Source: the human T2T-CHM13v2.0 reference genome, Homo sapiens
Assembly: GCF_009914755.1 (NCBI RefSeq)
Contig: NC_060935.1
Strand: one strand, 5' to 3'
DNA length: 64,000 bases
Below, piece after piece: positions 63,286 to 64,000 of the stretch. Each line of letters opens with the position of its first letter. The stretch's first letter is position 1. The notes beneath the pieces were generated by a model, which was given only the letters and a program-made list of their open reading frames with translations, did not search any database and was not told where the DNA came from. The position numbers and the translations under genes are program-made.

Positions 63286-64000
63286 TTAGCAGCAGGAGGT
63301 ACTTCAGTTCTGGACCACCTTGTCAGCTAATTTGACCTCCTGAAGCCATTGAAAGCCACTGGGTTGTGGGGAGTTTAAATGATCTTCTAAGTACACAGAC
63401 TATGTTCTCTACACCCATGCCACCAATAGCATTTCCTTCCCCTTCTCACATGCGTTTAGGTGCTTTCTCCATTATTACAAGACCCTGGAGACACAGAGGA
63501 CCTGGAGTCATTTATTTATTGTGGCTGGAGTATCTTTCTTCCACCTCCTGTAAATCTCTTCTAGCTTTCCTTCATCTGGTTGTGTCCCATTTATTATTTA
63601 TCAAGAGGCTGCTATCTCAATCTCAAGGTGCCCTGAGAATGTTCTAAGGGATAGGGATTGGGGAGAGGGTATGTGGAGATTTCCTTTCCACCTGGGTGAG
63701 GAGAGGGCCAGAGATGTGACTTAACCAAGAGCATAGCCAGCTGTTGGATCTGCCCTACTTGGTGCATCTTCATTTAGATAGCCAAGGGCTATCTAAATCC
63801 AAGAGATGGAAGGAGAAGAGAGAGCTTCAATTTGTGAAGCATCTTCACAACTGGCATCTCGTTTTGGTACATCCCCATGACCCCTGGAAACACTGGCTGC
63901 ACTGGGGAGTAAATGTCCCCATTACTCAGGTGCATCTATGAAGCAGAAAGGGCATGCATTTGCTATCAAGATTGTAAAGATGAAGAAATTGAGGCTCAAA

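Overview
Primate, almost certainly human, genomic DNA. The only supportable protein-coding sequence is a 75-nt first coding exon (3014-3088, +). It encodes MESVSESSQQQKRKPVIHGLEDQKR, followed by a canonical phase-0 GTAAGT donor. I recognise this as the N-terminus of the distal-promoter isoform of NAV2 (neuron navigator 2/RAINB1, 11p15.1). About 3 kb of promoter and 5'UTR lies upstream. The remaining ~61 kb is the start of a very long first intron, densely packed with old repeats (MIR, L2, L3/CR1, L1ME, MaLR/ERV LTRs, hAT MERs), with only two Alus and one L1PA 3' fragment. The other ORF-track entries look like chance ORFs. I found no prokaryote-type system, CRISPR array or second gene. The most interesting signals are: a candidate recursive splice site (TAG|GTGAGT, 10778/10779) with a frame-preserving 51-nt RS-exon; a tailless 5S rRNA retropseudogene with target-site duplication, nested in a MER103-like element; two ~87%-identical short local duplications copied out of ancient LINEs, plus an 18-bp inverted copy; two uORFs; a PBX-HOX/MEIS motif cluster in the promoter; and a perfect DR2 RARE in the intron. 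Repeat family names and boundaries were assigned by eye from recalled consensus sequences and are approximate.
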